From Calcarisporiella thermophila CBS 279.70 (Eukaryota > Fungi > Calcarisporiellomycota), in assembly GCF_041956535.1 (NCBI RefSeq), contig NW_027192196.1:39380-103379 (forward strand): a stretch of 64,000 nt of DNA, in the 5' to 3' direction. The notes under the pieces were generated by a model, which saw nothing but the letters and a program-made list of their open reading frames with translations, ran no database searches and had not been told where the DNA came from. Position numbers and translations under genes: made by a program. Position 1 is the first letter of the stretch, and every line of letters begins with the position of its first letter. This document shows positions 62,480 through 64,000 of this stretch, piece by piece.

Positions 62480-64000
62480 GAATTGTATTGGCCAAAAAGG
62501 CGGTATGAATTAGATAAATTCGAATATCGCCGTCTCACACACACAGTTTCAAACGCCACAGTGAATGGGAACTCACCGGTCCAGGGTGAATACATAAGAG
62601 GAGCTATAGTAAGTAGAGAATGAAACCAATATAGCTGATACACAAAGATTAATAACATCAAACAAAATGGTAATACTGACCAACATTTTCAAAGAACAAA
62701 TGAATTATGTCAATCGGAAATGACCAGGGAATAGAAGTAGAACGAAGCTCCAAAAGAATCGTTCGTCTGTTAATTCCTATATTATAATAACTTTACGCAT
62801 TAGCGGATATCCCTTAATTTAATCCATTAATGCAGCAACTCCTGACCTGTCTCTCGAATTATTTCATTTTGCACACTTTTTGAGTTATTCTTTGCCTCCT
62901 CTAATCTTTGTAAAAAATGGAGACTTTGTTCATGTGATCTTAAGGTTGGCAGGTTTGGTGGATCTTCAAGAGGATAGTACATATGGCGTTTATCATGGTG
63001 ATAGATGCCTCGTTGCATACAAAAACGACAGCCATGATATGAATTATGGCCAGTAAAGCCAGTGAGTTTTGTAATAGCTGGAATATCTCCGGACCAAAAC
63101 AAAGTGTAGGCAGAGAGATTGAACGAGCTTTTTTCGTATCTATCATAGCATGAAACTCCATCTATATTACAACAGTAGCAATATACAATAGAATATATAA
63201 GCATATCCATTGCAAATACTAATTGATTCACCTTCAAGCTCCTTTAATTCATCTATGAGAGGCACCAAAAATGAATCGTTGTTTTTGGTTTGTTTGGGGC
63301 CAGGAATCATCAAAAGCAATAAGGAGGTTTTCCTTCTTCACCCTAACATCTGGTGAAAGATTATGGTTGATCAAAATGACCGGCCAGCATTCACGAGTAT
63401 TTCTAGAACAAAAGCTAACAAATTACCAAGAGAATGGATTTAGCACAATCTTATATTAAATTTACAGTTTGTAGAGTTGAAATCCATCAGTTGATACAGA
63501 TAGTGCTATGTCACGATGATCCTTAAACATTCCATTCTGGACAAGTTCTTTGTATCGTTTTCCATCAAAATATCCTTGTATTCATAGTCTGGGGGAACTT
63601 GAAAAGATAAATTGTAGCTAGACTGACCGATATACCGTGCTCTATATCTATTTTTACGGGATAGTATATAGTATATATTGTATTAGTATTTTGCCAAGCT
63701 GGAATCGAGAATTATAGATTGTGGTAATTGCAACCTCAATTCATTTGATCGCGTCGAGTTTTTATATTGAATCCTAAATCGAGCAGTAAGCGAAAAGTAC
63801 GGAAATACTTTTCGCGGTCGCTTTTTACTAGGCGAAGAAACTGCTTTGTAACGTTGTTCTTTACAGATTGAACAGTTTGTAAGATGGGCGTATTCGCGAG
63901 TGTAGGCAATGCAGCTATTGATACAACAATCGATCAAATCTGGCTTAATTCCTACTAGCGTTTGTAGCTCATTTTCAATTAAATATGTTGGCTCAGTATC
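62480..64000 (-). mobile_element. Degenerate CACTA/EnSpm (tnp2-like) transposase with introns; continues beyond the window and possibly leftward to ~61.6 kb
   Basis: IDCCINSCIAYT...CSICKEQRY, DGKRYKELV...RDIALSVSTDGFQ, CWPVILINHNLSPDVR, IPGPKQ...SFLVPLIDELKELE, SGDIPAITKLTGFTGHNSYHGCRFC, SFPIDIIHLFFEN. Frameshifts near 63310 and 63570. Confidence 0.85.

Noticed and set aside
1-64000. tRNA, rRNA or CRISPR arrays
   Set aside because: None recognised by eye; the 84-bp periodicity at 43.3-45.8 kb is protein-coding LRR.

Overview
Eukaryotic, intron-rich DNA from an early-diverging fungus. This placement is an inference: fungal markers (GT15/KRE2 mannosyltransferase, Gti1/Pac2 factor) co-occur with genes lost in yeasts (PLK4, BRCA1-like RING-BRCT, SLC41, PAZ-containing Dicer). 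Two gene-dense core blocks (about 5.7-38 kb and 46.5-59.4 kb) carry Dicer, a PA-TM-RING ligase, PLK4, YRA1/ALYREF, CysRS, PPE1, an SFH5-like gene, a GT32, a PA14 protein, RAD50, a USP, the BRCA1-like gene, SLC41, Pac2, uL3m, a GPI protein and SCAMP. AT-rich accessory islands (about 0.8-5.6, 38.1-46.4 and 59.5-64 kb) hold small secreted proteins, a LysM-GH18 chitinase pseudogene with a solo LTR, an RNase T1-like relic and a degenerate CACTA transposase. The best candidate for an undescribed system is an intronless (in the sequenced parts) gene encoding an MLKL-like four-helix bundle, an internally deleted kinase and a hypervariable LRR array (42380-45800), with a decayed paralog at about 60 kb; it looks like a putative cell-death immune receptor. 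Other highlights are a complete PLK4, a compact BRCA1-like gene, a head-to-head pair of small paralogous membrane proteins sharing a PQKQGR motif, a defensin/NCR-like peptide, and a long structured YRA1 intron. All calls were made by eye from motifs. No database searches were run, and exon boundaries are manual.
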